From the NCBI RefSeq assembly GCF_963921235.1, contig NC_086097.1:57290001-57354000 (forward strand): a DNA stretch of 64,000 nucleotides, in the 5' to 3' direction. The stretch comes from Mobula hypostoma (Eukaryota). Below the pieces are notes generated by a model, which saw only the letters and a program-made list of their open reading frames with translations, ran no database searches and was not told the DNA's origin. How positions within the stretch are numbered: the first letter of the stretch is position 1; every line of letters begins with the position of its first letter. The position numbers and the translations under genes were made by a program. Below are positions 39,000 to 51,114 of the stretch, piece after piece.

Positions 39000-40716
39000 G
39001 TGACAGTATGGCCCGTGTCCATCCCACACATGAGCCATCTGTTGTCGGCCCCCAACCAACACATATTCCACTCTTCCCTCCTACCCCTCCTCACAGTCCC
39101 CTACCCTGCTCTCATGACTATACCCCTTCCCCACACGAAACCAGCACGGTGGGCTTCACAGCTCTACAGGTGAGAAGACAGCTGAAACGTCTCAACTCAA
39201 GCAAGGCTGCAGGACCGGATGGTGTCAGTACCAGGGTGCTCAAAGCCTGTGCCCCTCAGCTATGTGGAGTACTTTGCCATGTATTCAACCTGAGCCTGAG
39301 GCTCTGGAGGGCTCCTGTGCTGTGCAAGACGTCCGGTCTCGTCCCTGTGCCGAAGATGCCGCGCCCCAGCGGCCTCAATGACTACAGACCGGTGGCATTG
39401 ACCTTCCACATCATGAAGACCCTGGAGAAACTTGTTCTGGAGCTGCTCCGGCCTATGGTCAGGCCACACTTAGATCCCCTCCAGTTCGTCTACCAGCCCC
39501 GACTAGGAGTTGAGGATGCCATCGTCTTCCTGCTGAACCGGTCTACGCCCACCTGGCCAAACCAGCGAGCACTGTGAAGGTCATGTTTTTTGACTTCTCC
39601 AGTGCGTTCAACACCATCCGCCCTGCTCTTCTGGGGGAGAAGCTGACAGCGATGCAGGTGGATGCTTCCCTGGTATCATGGATTCTTGATTACCTGACTG
39701 GCAGACCACAGTACGTGTGCTTGCAACACTGTGTGTCTGACAGAGTGATCAGCAGCACTGGGGCTCCACAGGGGACTGTCTTGTCTCCCTTTCTCTTCAC
39801 CATTTACACCTCGGACTTCAACTACTGCACAGAGTCTTGTCATCTTCAGAAGTTTTCTGATGACTCTGCCATAGTTGGATGCATCAGTAAGGGAGATGAG
39901 GCTGAGTACAGGGCTACGGTAGGAAACTTTGTCACATGGTGTGTGCAGAATTATCTGCAGCTTAATGTGAAAAAGACTAAGGAGCTGGTGGTAGACCTGA
40001 GGAGAGCTAAGGTATAGGTGACCCCTGTTTCCATCCAGGGGGTCAGTGTGGACATGGTGGAGGATCACAAATACCTGGGGATACGAATTGACAATAAACT
40101 GGACTGGTCAAAGAACACTGAGGCGGTCTACAAGAAGGGCCAGAGCCGTCTCTATTTCTTGAGGAGACTGAGGTCCTTTAACATCTGCTGGACGGTGCTG
40201 AGGATGTTCTATGAGTCTGCGGTGGCCAGTGCTATCATGTTTGTTGTTGTATGCTGGGGCAGCAGGCTGAGGGTGGCAGACACCAATAGAATCAACAAAC
40301 TCATTCGTAAGGCCAGTGATGTTGTGGGGATGGAACTGGACTCTCTGACGGTGGTGTCTGAAAAGAGGATGCTGTCTAAGTTGCATACCATCTTGGTCAA
40401 TGTCTTCCATCCACTACATAATGTACTGGTTGGGCACAGGAGTACATTCAGCCAGAGACTCATTCCACCAAGATGCAGCACTGAGCGTCATAGGAAATCA
40501 TTCCTGCCTGTGGCCATCAAACTTTACAGCTCCTCCCTTGGAGGGTCAGACATCCTGAGCCAATAGGCTGGTCCTGGACTTATTTCATAATTTCCTGGCA
40601 TAATTTACATATTACTATTTAACTATTTATGGTTCTATTACTATTTCTTATTTATGGAGCAACTGTAACGAAAACCAATTTCCCCCAGGATCAATAAAGT
40701 ATGACTATGACTCTGA
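39000..40716 (+). mobile_element. Young 5'-truncated Rex1/Babar LINE, RT nearly intact
   Basis: Peptides KAAGPDG, NDYRPVALT, DPLQF, FFDFSSAFNTI, GAPQGTVLSPFLF, KFSDDS, KYLG. One frameshift near 39540 and one stop at 40015. AATAAA plus (ATGACT)n tail. CTAGT duplicated at 38995 and 40717. Confidence 0.93.
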
Positions 40717-41453
40717 CTAGTCCGGGCCAAACCACTAATTTGCCTAGACCCATTGATCTGAACCTGGACCATAGCCCTGCTTTTCCCTTCCTGTCCATGT
40801 AGCTATCCAAATTTCTCTTAAATGTAGAAATCAACACCATACCCACCACTTGAGCTGGCAGCTCATTCCATATTCCCACTATCCTCTGAGGGTGAAGAAG
40901 TTTCCTCTCATGTTCCCCTTAAACATTTTACCTTTCACCCTTAACTCATGATCTCTAGTTGTAGTCTCATCCAACCTCAGTGGAATAAGCTTGCTTGCAT
41001 TTACCTTATCTATACCCCTCATAATTTTGTATAACTATCAAATTTTCCCTCAATCTTCTACATTCTAGGGAATAAAGTGCTAACCTATTCAATCTTTCCT
41101 TGTAACTCAGGTCCTCAAATCCCAGCAGTATCTTTGTAAATTTTCTCTGCACTCTTTCAATCTTATTTAAGTCTTTCCTGTAGGTTGGTGGCCAAAACTG
41201 AACATGGCCCAAATTAGGCCTCACCAACGTCTTATACAATTTCAACGTAACATATAGACCAGAACCTCTGGCCGCTCACCCTCCCACTTAAAAATGCTAT
41301 GGACTTGTTCTTGTCCACAGAATCTCCTTTCTGTTCCCCTAACCAGTGATCCCCTATCACTACAGCTCGCCTCTTCTTCCCCTTTCCCTTCTGAGCCACG
41401 GTCAGACTCTGTGCCAGAGACCTGACCTCCTGACCCCCCCCAACCGCCTCCAG

Positions 41454-41709
41454 TGTCTGTAACTTCAAAACATTAAACTAATTCAAAGGAAGGCACAGGA
41501 CTCTGAAATGCGGGGCTAACTTTGTGTTTTACTCTAAGCGAGGCTCGCACCTATCACGAGGCTGCCTGATGATGTATACAATTCACGTATTTATGCATAT
41601 AACCCATATATGCATAATCCTACTATTTTATATATATATATATACACACACATACATACACAATCACACAAGATTACTCAAATATTGCTGAAATATTAAA
41701 TACACAACA
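41454..41709 (-). mobile_element. Probable solo LTR
   Basis: TGT...ACA ends, about 256 bp, interrupts CR1 ORF1 sequence, AGTAAA signal on minus strand. No clean TSD. Confidence 0.5.
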
Positions 41710-42589
41710 CCCCAACAGCATCCAAAGCAGTATCTGTGTTGTTGAGCGGAACAGCCACAGGATACTTTGCACTGGCTGCCTTTTCCCTTTCGTCCTACTG
41801 ACAGTCACCCAGTTACCTCTGTCCTTCTGTTTGAGTGTCATGACTATCAACCCCTCAGCCTCCCAAATAATCCAGAGTTTATTCAGTTCCAGCTCCAAAT
41901 CCTTAACATGGTCTGTTAGAAGCTGGAGCTGGATGTACTTCTTACAGATATTGTCATCAGGGACAATGGAGGTGTCCTTGTCTTCCCATATCCTGCAAGA
42001 GGAACAGCTGCATTGCTTTAAGTGTGCAATAACAGACACATAAAGGATAAGTAGTGAAGAAAAAGAACTATCTATGGCCTTTGCCTTTCCTAAGCCTTGA
42101 TGAGCCAAAGCATCAATTCCCCACTCTAACATTGGCTTACTCACACAATGGCCATCCTGCTTAAGCCTAACTCCTTTCTATTGGTCCTTGCCAGGTGCCT
42201 AATTATGTGCAACGCAATGTCTCTTCTGGAACTGTGGCGTGCAAAAATTGCTGATTACCCCCGCTTGCTTCTTTTAAACTTTCTCACCATCTACTCAATC
42301 TGGTGCCCCCTCGAGACTGTGGCGCGCAAAAAGTGCCGACTGCTCTCACTTGCTTCTTATAAACTTATTCCCTCTATACAATCCAATGTCCCCTTGGGAC
42401 TGTGGCAAGCAAAAAGTCTGATGTGGGATGGAAGTATGGAGGGATTTTAACATCTGTGGTTGAAGATTAGTCTACTTACACCAGGAAATTGGGAATGTGA
42501 AATGATGGAGACTGTTTGGGATGTCACAGATACAAATGGAAATGGACTGGACTAGAATGAAAACCAGAATGCCAGGTATAGAAACAGCA

Positions 42590-43162
42590 ATGCCCTTGAA
42601 CAGAAAAGCCTACAAAAAGTCTTGAATACAGCCCAGTCCATCATGAGTAAAGCCTTCCCCACCTTTGAGTACATCCACATGGGGCACTGTCACAGGAAAG
42701 CAGCATCCATCATCAAGGACCCTGACCATCCAGGCCACGCTCTCTTCTCACTGCTGTCATTAGGAAGGATGTAGAAGAACTTCAGGACTCTTACCACCAG
42801 GTTCAGGTACAATTATTACTTCTCATCTGTCAGGCTTTTGAGCCAGAGATGATAACTTCACTCAACTTCAGTCAACCCAACACTGAACTGAACACAACCT
42901 ATGGACTCTGCATCTTTCAAGACTCTGCATTTCGTGTTCTCAATATTTATTGCTTTTTTTTTGTTATTGTTATTTTTTGAATTTGCAGTTTGTTGTCTTT
43001 TGCATATTGGATGTTTGCCCATCTTGCTGTGTACTGTCGTTCGCTGATTCTATTGTGTTTATTTGTATTTACTTTGAATGCCCACAAGAAAATAATTCTC
43101 AGGGTTGCAGCTGGTGACATATACAGTATATACTTTGATATGAAATTTACTTTGAACTTTGA
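42590..43162 (+). mobile_element. Rex1/Babar-like LINE 3' fragment
   Basis: gcagcatccatcatcaaggacc...caccaggttcagg, as in 18930-19050; (actttga)n tail. Confidence 0.7.
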
Positions 43163-43438
43163 AGGATGGAGTCAACATTGATAAAAGGGCACTTGGTGAT
43201 CTGGAATAGGATGAAGCAACAAAACTGACAGACAGGCCTATTCCTATTTTTTTTGTGTAATAATTATGTTTATTAGTCAATCACTATTTGTAGTTAGCAT
43301 GGTTTTAAATTTCTTCGAACATTGTAATATTTATAAACATGTTAAAAGTGCACTAATATGTTAGGGGTTAATATGTACAGTATCTGTATATAACTGATGT
43401 CAGTTTTCAGATGGTGAATGTCATTTGCTTTTTTTTAG

Positions 43439-43595
43439 CTCAAGCAACCCGCTGACTGAATCGTTTGCAACCTTTGTAGACCCCTCTAGGGGTTCTCGAT
43501 CAGCAGCATGCAAAACTAAACCAGATGTACAGAGAGCTGCTGATGTACTGCATGACCTTGGAAAACTGAATGGAGAAATGCACAACATTCTACAG
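43439..43595 (+). CDS. KIAA0586: Internal coding exon of KIAA0586/TALPID3 (centriole/ciliogenesis protein)
   Basis: Acceptor tttgcttttttttag, donor CAG|gtaatg, open frame SSNPLTESFATFVDPSRGSRSAACKTKPDVQRAADVLHDLGKLNGEMHNILQ. Resembles human TALPID3 TKVTMQKSDDVLHDLGQ as I recall it. Phase 2 start, phase 0 end. Confidence 0.8.
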
Positions 43596-43799
43596 GTAAT
43601 GAAACAATGACAAGCACACGGCCTGAAATTACAATCCTTTACTGCAAGATCTTGTTAAGAAATATGAAAACAAATATAAAAAATGCTGCAGTGGAATCTT
43701 ACAAAAATAGCTGGACAGGATGCTCTTGATAATTGATAATGATTAAAATGATTAAATACTCATAGGATACACTCACCATGTATGCTAGCAATGATGTAA

Positions 43800-44175
43800 A
43801 AAGTTGATTTGCATTTTATATTCTTTCATGTTCCTTTCATGGTGTCTCAAAGCCTTTTACTGACAATGAAATATTTTCAAAGGGCAGTTTCAGTGGCATT
43901 GTAGGAAACATAGCAGCCCGTGTGGGCACTGCAACTCCTAGATACAATAATTTTCAAATGGCTCCTTAATCTATTACAGACATGGTTAGATTATCTATTA
44001 TAGTAATGGATGCCTCAGTTTTTTCTGAGAATGATTTTATGGTGTTTTGACATAAACTGAATAGCACCATCATTTCCTTAGTTTAATGCCTCTTCCAAAA
44101 GAAGGCACCTCTCACAGACCAGCTCAAGTATAAGCACAGAAATCTGTGCTCTGGAAGGGGACTTCAAATAGCAAT
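43800..44175 (-). mobile_element. Ancient Deu-domain (AmnSINE/SacSINE-like) SINE, decayed
   Basis: ttgcattttata...caaagccttttactgacaatgaa...tgtaggaaacatagcagcc resembles Deu-SINE sequence from memory. A similar piece lies at about 58385-58520. Confidence 0.45.
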
Positions 44176-44472
44176 TGTCCAACTCAAAGACAAAAATACT
44201 GCAGTAAGTGCTGCAGGTGAAAGAGGTCAAGACACAGCTGAATGGAGTATTAACATTTTGGGTCAATATTTTGTCCAATTAACATTAACTGTACCTTCAG
44301 ATGATGCCTGTTGAGTTTCTTCCGCACTCTCTGTCTTAATTTCTGAGTTCCGACATCTGCAGCTGTGTACTTAGTTACAAACTTTAAAATTCACAAGGCA
44401 TCTATTCACATCTGTAATTTATCCTCCAGCTATTTGTCAGTTAAAAGAAAATAAATATGATTATATTATTAT

Positions 44473-47080
44473 AAACAAGAGAAAATCTGCAGATGCTGGA
44501 AATCCGAGCAACACACACAAAATGCTGGAGGAACTCAGCAGGCCAGGCAGCATCTATGGAAAAAGTACAGTTGACGTTTCCGGCTGAAACCCTTTCGCAG
44601 AACTGGAGAAAAAAGCTGAGAAATAGATTTGAAAGGTGGTGTTGGGGGGGGGAGGTGAAGGAGAGAGAGAACCACCAGATGATAGGTGAAACCTGGAGGG
44701 GGAGAGATGAAGTGAAGAGCTGGGAAGTTGATTGGTGAGATGAGGTGAGAGAGGGAAGGGGGATGGGAAATGGAGAAGGTGGGGGGAGTATTACTGGAAG
44801 CTTGAGAAATCGATGTTCAGGCTACCCAAATGGAATATAATGTGTTGTTCCTCCAACCTAAGTGTAGCCTCATCACGACAGTGGAGGAGATCATGGATGG
44901 ACATATCGGAATGGGAATGGGAAGTGGAATTAAAATGGGTGGCCACTAGTAATCCTGCTTGTTCTGGCGTACAAAGCGTAGATGCTCAGCAAGGCAGTGT
45001 CCCAGTCTATGTCGGGTCTCACCGATGTACGGGAAGCCACACCGGGAGCACCGAACACAGTAAATCACCCCAGCAGACTCACAGGTGAAGTGTTGCCTCA
45101 ACTGAAGGACTGTTTAGGGCCTTGGATGGTAGTGACGGAGGAGGTGTAGGGGCAGGTGTAGCACTTGTTCCGCTTGCAAGAATAAGTGCAGGAGGGAGAT
45201 CAGTCGGGAGGGACAAATGGACAAGGTAGTTGCATAGGGAGCGATCCCTGCGGAAAGCAGAAAGTGGAGGGGGGAGTTTGGTGGGGAGGGAAAGATGTGC
45301 TTGGTGGTGGGATTCTGTTGGAAATAGTGAAAGTTTCGGAGAATTATGTGCTGAACGCGGAGGCTGGTGGGGGGTGGGTGAGGACAAGAGGAACTCTAAC
45401 CCTAGTCGGATGGCAAGAGGAGAGGGTAAGAGCAGATGTGCATGAAATGGAACATATATGGTTATCCACTGATGTCTATTACAAACCCAAGGACATGCTC
45501 TTGATCTTTTCAAGGATTTCAAGTTCCTTGGCCCCCGTCATCTCATTTTCACTTTGAGTATCCAATCCCTCTACACCTCCATCCCCCACCAGGAAGGCCT
45601 CAAAGCTCTCTGTTTTTTCTGGACACCAGAGCTAACCAGTTCCTCTCCACCACTACAACACAAGCTGACTTGTCCTCACTCTAAATAATTTCTCTTTTGG
45701 CTTCTCCCACTTCCTTCAAACAAAAGAGGTAGTCAGGGGCACTCGCATGGGTCCCAGCTGTGCCTGACTGTTTGTCAGCTACGTGAAACAATCTATGTTC
45801 CAGGCCTGCTCTGGCGACTGTCCCACACTTTTCCTATGCTACATCAACGAAAGCATTGGTGCTACTTCCTGCACCCATGCTGAACTCGTCAACGTCATTC
45901 ACTTTGCTTCCAACTTGCACCCCGCCCTCAAATTCACCTGCTCCATTTCTGGCACTTCCCTTCCCTTTCTCGATCTCACTGTCTCTATCTCTGGAGACAG
46001 CTTATCCACCGATGTCTATTACAAACCCATGGATTCTCACAGCTACTTAGACTACACCTTGTCCCACCCTACTACTTGTAGCAACGCCATCCCCTTTTCT
46101 CAATTCCTCCATCTCCACTGTATTTACTTGCAGGATAGAACGAAGGAGATGTCCTCCTTTTTCAAGGAAAGGGCTTCCCTTCCTCCACCATCAATGCTGC
46201 CCTCATCCGCATCACTTCTATTTCATGCATGTCTGCACTTACCCCATCGTCCTGCCATCCTACCAGGTACAGGGTTCCTCTTGTCTTCACCTACCACCCC
46301 ACTAACCTCCGGGTCCTAAACTTACACCACCTCCAATGGGATCCCACTACCAAGCACGTCTCCCCTCCCTACCTCCACCCCCCCCCCACTTTCTGCGTGA
46401 TCCCCTTGTCCATTCGTCCTTCCCCACCAATCTCCCTCCTGGCACTTATCCATTCAAGCAGAATAAGTGCTACACCTGCTCCCTCACTACCATCCAGGAC
46501 CCTAAACAGTCCTTCCAGGTGAGGTGGCACTTCATGTATGAGTCTGTTGGGGTAATTTTCTGTGATCATTGCTCCCAGTGTGGCCTCCTGTACATTGGTG
46601 AGACTTGATGTAGGCTGGGAGACCGCTTTGCCAAGCATCTATCCTCCATCCGCTAGAACAAGATGTAGCATGAACATAGATTTCTCCAACTTCTGATAAT
46701 TTTTTCCGCTCCGCCTTCCCACTTTTTCTCTCTGGCCTCTCTTCTGCTCACCAACCTGTTATCTCCCTTTGGTGCCCATCCTCCTTTCTTTTCTCCCATG
46801 ATCAATGCTTCTCTCATATCACATTCCTTCTTCTCCAACCCCTTACTTTTTCCACCCATCACCTCCCAGCTTCTTACGTAATTTCCCTTCCCTCACCTAT
46901 CTGGCTTCTATGCCCTTTTAGCTTGTTCTCCTTCCCCTCCCCCTACCTCCTTAATTTGGCTTCTTCCTGTTTCCTTGACAATCTTGAAGAAGGGTCTTGG
47001 GCCAAAACATCAGCTGTTTATTCATTTCCTGAGATGCTGCCAGACCTGCTGAGTACCTCCAGAAGTTTGTGTGTGTTGCA
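44473..47080. mobile_element. Large head-to-head PLE insertion: minus arm 44473-45452, plus arm about 45462-47080
   Basis: Both arms end in the PLE terminus facing outward. The plus arm encodes LKFT..LPFLD..STDVYYKPMDSHSYLDY and CGLLYIGET (GIY-YIG). Confidence 0.9.
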
Positions 47081-47368
47081 ATAAATTGAGGAGAATATTA
47101 ATGATCTGGGTGGTTTTAATAAAATTAGGGATTTGAAACTGCCTCACATATAATGTATAATAAAAATACAAGATTTTGCTTTCATATTTTATGGTAATAA
47201 TATATTTTCATTGTGTTTCCATTGATGTACAAATCTACATCACAAATATTTTGAGATTACTCTCTGCTTTAATCACATAGTTTTGAGCAATTTTCAAAAA
47301 ATTATTAGTATTGTGGCGAGCATTTGGTCCATAATGACAGACGAGGAAGCTCATTAACTCAATAACAG

Positions 47369-47994
47369 TTTTATTTTTTATTAGCAAAATATACTTTATT
47401 CAAAAATGAAATTATGTACAATAAACCATTCAATGACTCTCAGTCCTTTACAGACGTTTCCACTACATTCTATACATTTCCACACTTTCAGCCACTCACG
47501 TGGCAGTCTGTTGGTTCATCTTTACACACCTTTGTTGAGGGGTTTATTCCCCGCCACCTGACCCCTCCCACTCCTACAGGAGAAGAACCCTAAACCATGG
47601 TCCTTCCCCACCGGGCGGTTGCGGTGGCTGCACCAAGTTTCGGTGCTGTTTTTTTAAATTTTTTAATTCAAAATATACTTTATTCAAAAATAAAATTATA
47701 GACAATAAACCATTCAATAACTTTCCATCCTTTACATACTTTCTATTATAGTCTGTAGATATCCATACTTTTGGCCACCCACGTGGCACTCCAATTGTTC
47801 ACCTTATCACATCATTGTTGAGGGGTATACTCTGGCCACCCGACCCCTCCCACTCCCGTGGGTGAAGAAACCTATACCATGGTCCTTCCCAACCGGGCCC
47901 TTGCGGTGGCTGCACCAAGTTTCAGTGTGTCCCTCAGCATGTACTCGTGCAGCCGAGAATGTGCCAGTCGGCAGCATTCTCCCACGGACATCTC
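47369..47994 (-). mobile_element. Two tandem 3' ends of a Tx1-like LINE (47369-47645 and 47649-47994)
   Basis: Both start with a T-rich tail plus caaaatatactttattcaaaaat and align to each other. The second encodes EMSVGECCRLAHSRLHEYMLRDTLKLGAATARARLGRTMV*. Confidence 0.7.
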
Positions 47995-48510
47995 TTTTAT
48001 TGCGATAAACACAAAACTGACTGGGCACCATGACGTGGAGCGTGAGCCTAGCCAGTCTCACACAGATGGGGGAGGTGACCATCACACACCCCGGTTAGAG
48101 TTAGGGTGACCCACGAATACACAAGCAAATAACTGTATAACCTAAGCTAAAATGTTACAATAAATGATCTGGAACTTCCTACCGTCCTACCGTAATCCCA
48201 CAAGAACAATAAACAGTGCTGATCATTAGAAATGCAAGGGTGGGCGGTCAACCACCCCACCCCCCAGAGCGTCACAGTATGTAGCCACCAAATCAACTGA
48301 AAAAAATGTTGACTGTCTGTATAAGGGTGTTACTTTCTTCACACTCTTGAGATAGCAATTTGACTTATTTCTAGTTATATATCAGATTATTTAAATTCTT
48401 TGTAATTCTCTTGCAAATATGTTAAATTACATAGATGTGGAAACTTGTTAGAACCCAGAATTGAAGTGAGTACACCCTGGTCTTAATTGCCCTCTATGCT
48501 TTTCCTTGTC

Positions 48511-48995
48511 AAGTTCAGAGTTCAAATTAAATTTTATTATCAAAGTACATATATGTCACCATATACAACACAGAGATTAATTTTCTTGTGGGCATACTCA
48601 ATAAATCTATAGAATAATAATGATAGCTCAATCAATGAAAGACCACTCATAGAGGGCGTTCAACCAGAGTACAGAAGACAGCAAGCTGTGCAAATACAAA
48701 GAGAAGAAATAATAATAAATGACTTAATTAATAAACTAATATCGAGGACATGAGATGAAGAGTCCTTGAAACTAAGTCCATTGGTTGTGGGAACATTTCA
48801 GTGATGGGGCAAGAGAAGTTGAGTAAAGTTATCCCCTTTGGTTCAAGAGCTTTATGCTTGAGGGGTAATAACTGTTCCTGAACTAGGTGGTGTGAGTCCT
48901 GATGCTCTCGTATCTTCTCCCTGATGGCAGCAGTGAGAAAAGAGCATGTTCTGGGTGTTCGGGGTCCTTGATGATCAATGCTGCCTTCCTGTGAC
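48511..48995 (-). mobile_element. Rex1/Babar-like LINE 3' fragment
   Basis: Reverse-complement similarity to 42700-43162. Confidence 0.7.
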
Positions 48996-49093
48996 AGTAA
49001 TTTACTTAGAAATTTAGAACCCAGCAAGCTGTATATTAAAATTATTCTGTTTTTTTGGAAGACTTAACTATAATCATGTTTTTTTTCTTTCAG

Positions 49094-49132
49094 GAGGCAG
49101 AGCAGTGGCAGTCTTGCATGCAAGGCATTAAG
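49094..49132 (+). CDS. KIAA0586: Probable 39-nt coding exon of KIAA0586/TALPID3 (EAEQWQSCMQGIK)
   Basis: Branch-like cttaac, strong tract tgttttttttctttcag, donor AAG|gtttga. Phase 0/0, and it continues ...MHNILQ as a plausible helix. Confidence 0.6.
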
Positions 49133-49604
49133 GTTTGATTTCTGATTTTTCTTAAAATATTCACAGTATTTTTAGCTGCTTGGTAATGCATTGAGACAGG
49201 AATGAAAATCACGGAAAAAGGTCATAAGATTTAGTGGTGTTTTAGTTATTCCTCCTCTTCATTCCCTTTCTCACAAATCGAGTGTGAGTGCCAGTCAGAG
49301 CAACAGCTGCAAGCCTATTGACTCACCACCTCTGCAATATCATCTGGTAGGTTGCCATGGAAATTACTACACTGTTCATCACCACTGTATGTTCAGCCCT
49401 GACTTCTTCCCCCATGAGATTTCTTGCTTTTCATATTGGTATATCTCCAGTACATTTCAGTATCTTTATGCTGTACATGGGACTATAAATTTGCATTGAA
49501 GAATTCTCCTAAGTTCTTCTTAACAAAAACTGTGTGCCTTCTCAATTTTTGATAATTAGCTGCAAGTTATTTTTAAGGCATGCACTTCTCGTCATTATTA
49601 ATCT

Positions 49605-50632
49605 CCATAAAGGCCTTTGAAAAGGTGCCGCACATGAGTCTGCTAAACAAAGTTTAGAGCCCATGATATTACAGGAAAGGTACTAGCATAGATAGAATAT
49701 TGGCTAGCTGGGAGGAGACAAAGAGTGGGAATAAAGGGGGTCTTTTCTGGTTGGCTGCCGGTGTCTAGAGGTGTTCCACAGGGGTTGGTGTTGGGACCGC
49801 TTCTTTTCATGTTATGTGTTAATGATTTGGGTGACGTGGCTTTGTAGCCAAGTTTGCAGACAATACGAAGATAGGTGAAGGGGCAGGTAGTTTTGGGGAA
49901 GCAGAAAGGTGGCCACAGAAGGACTTCGACAGAATAGTTGAATGGTCAAAGAAGTGGCAGGTGAAATATAGTGTAGAACGTATATGGTGAAGCAGTGTGG
50001 TAGAAGGAATAAAGGTATTAGCTATTTTGTAAATAGGGAGAAAATTCAGAAATCGTAAGTGTAGAGAGACTTGGGAGTCCTCATTCAGGATTCCCTAAAA
50101 GTCAACATACAGGTTGAATCAGTGGTAAGGAAGGCAAGTGCAATGTTAGTGTTCATTTCGAGAGGACTGGGATATAAGAACATGGATATACTGCTGAGGT
50201 TTTATAAGGCATTGGTCAGTCTGCACTTGGAGTATTGTGAGCAGTTTTGAACTCCTTATCTAAGATAGTTTGTGCTGGCATTGGAAAGGGTCCAGAGGAG
50301 GTGCACGAGAATGATCCCAGGAATGAAAGGGTTGATGTATAAGGAACATTTGATGGCTCTGGCCCCTTCTCTCTGGAGTTCAGAACGATGTGGGGGAATC
50401 TCATTGAAACCTATTGAATGGCCTCAGTAAGGGTGGATGGGAGGAGGATGTTTGCTCTAGTGGGGTTGTCTAGGACCAGAGGACAAAGCTTCAAAATAGA
50501 AAGGCGTCCCTTTAGAACAGGGATGAGGAGGAGCTTCTTTTGCCAGAGGTTGGTGAGTCTGTGGAATTCAATGCCACAGATGGCTGTGGAGATCAAGTCA
50601 TTTGGTATACTTAAAGTGGACGTTGATAGATA
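49605..50632 (+). mobile_element. Decayed CR1 ORF2 RT fragment
   Basis: aaggcctttga..aaggtgcc, gtgttccacagggg and aagtttgcagacaatac correspond to KAFDKVP, VPQG and KFADD. Confidence 0.8.
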
Positions 50633-50639
50633 CCTGCAC

Positions 50640-50915
50640 TAGGTGCCTGCGCTGATTTTGTTCATTTGCAATCAATGAAAAGAATGTCAGCATATGCTGG
50701 ATGAATTCTTCCACTGATAACTATTAGGAATTAATACACAGTTTTATAGTATGGTAGTTGTATTGGTGGTGTTTTAATTTGTTCTGATTTTCATTTAAAT
50801 ACATAAGCTATTACTCAGTTAAATGATAATTTGTCTTTTTTATACCTTTTTAACAATTTCCTTGAAACTTTGGCTAATTGGAGATGCCATTTAATTGGAT
50901 GTACTGGTCCTGATA
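50640..50915 (-). mobile_element. Fragment of MITE family A
   Basis: Reverse complement of about 585-860 (gataactattag...acacagttttatagta...actcag). Confidence 0.65.
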
Positions 50916-51114
50916 TGTCATTGCAGCATCTGTAGATTTATATGTATATGACCATATAGAAGGTCATAGATCTTGAAACTCATTTAACGGTGAGGCGACA
51001 TCTCGGTTTTCAAATATCCTCATCTTCAATTGACAAAGACTATGCTTTTGCATTGAATTTGATGATTAGTTATGTCATACATATCTGCCTTCGCATGAGG
51101 TGACTTTCAAGGTA

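Larger units (their letters stand above)
38949..42010 (-). mobile_element. Internally deleted CR1 (ORF1 zinc finger/esterase remnants joined to the ORF2 end and 3' UTR), split by nested elements
   Basis: Peptides CSSCRIWE..VPDDNICKKYIQLQLL (ORF1), RAVVIGD (esterase) and LYKTLVRPNL...IERVQRKFTK (ORF2 end). Confidence 0.75.

Noticed and set aside
39676..40481. Minus-strand ORFs over the Rex element, and similar antisense ORFs over PLE and CR1 copies
   Set aside because: Antisense shadows of transposon coding sequence.
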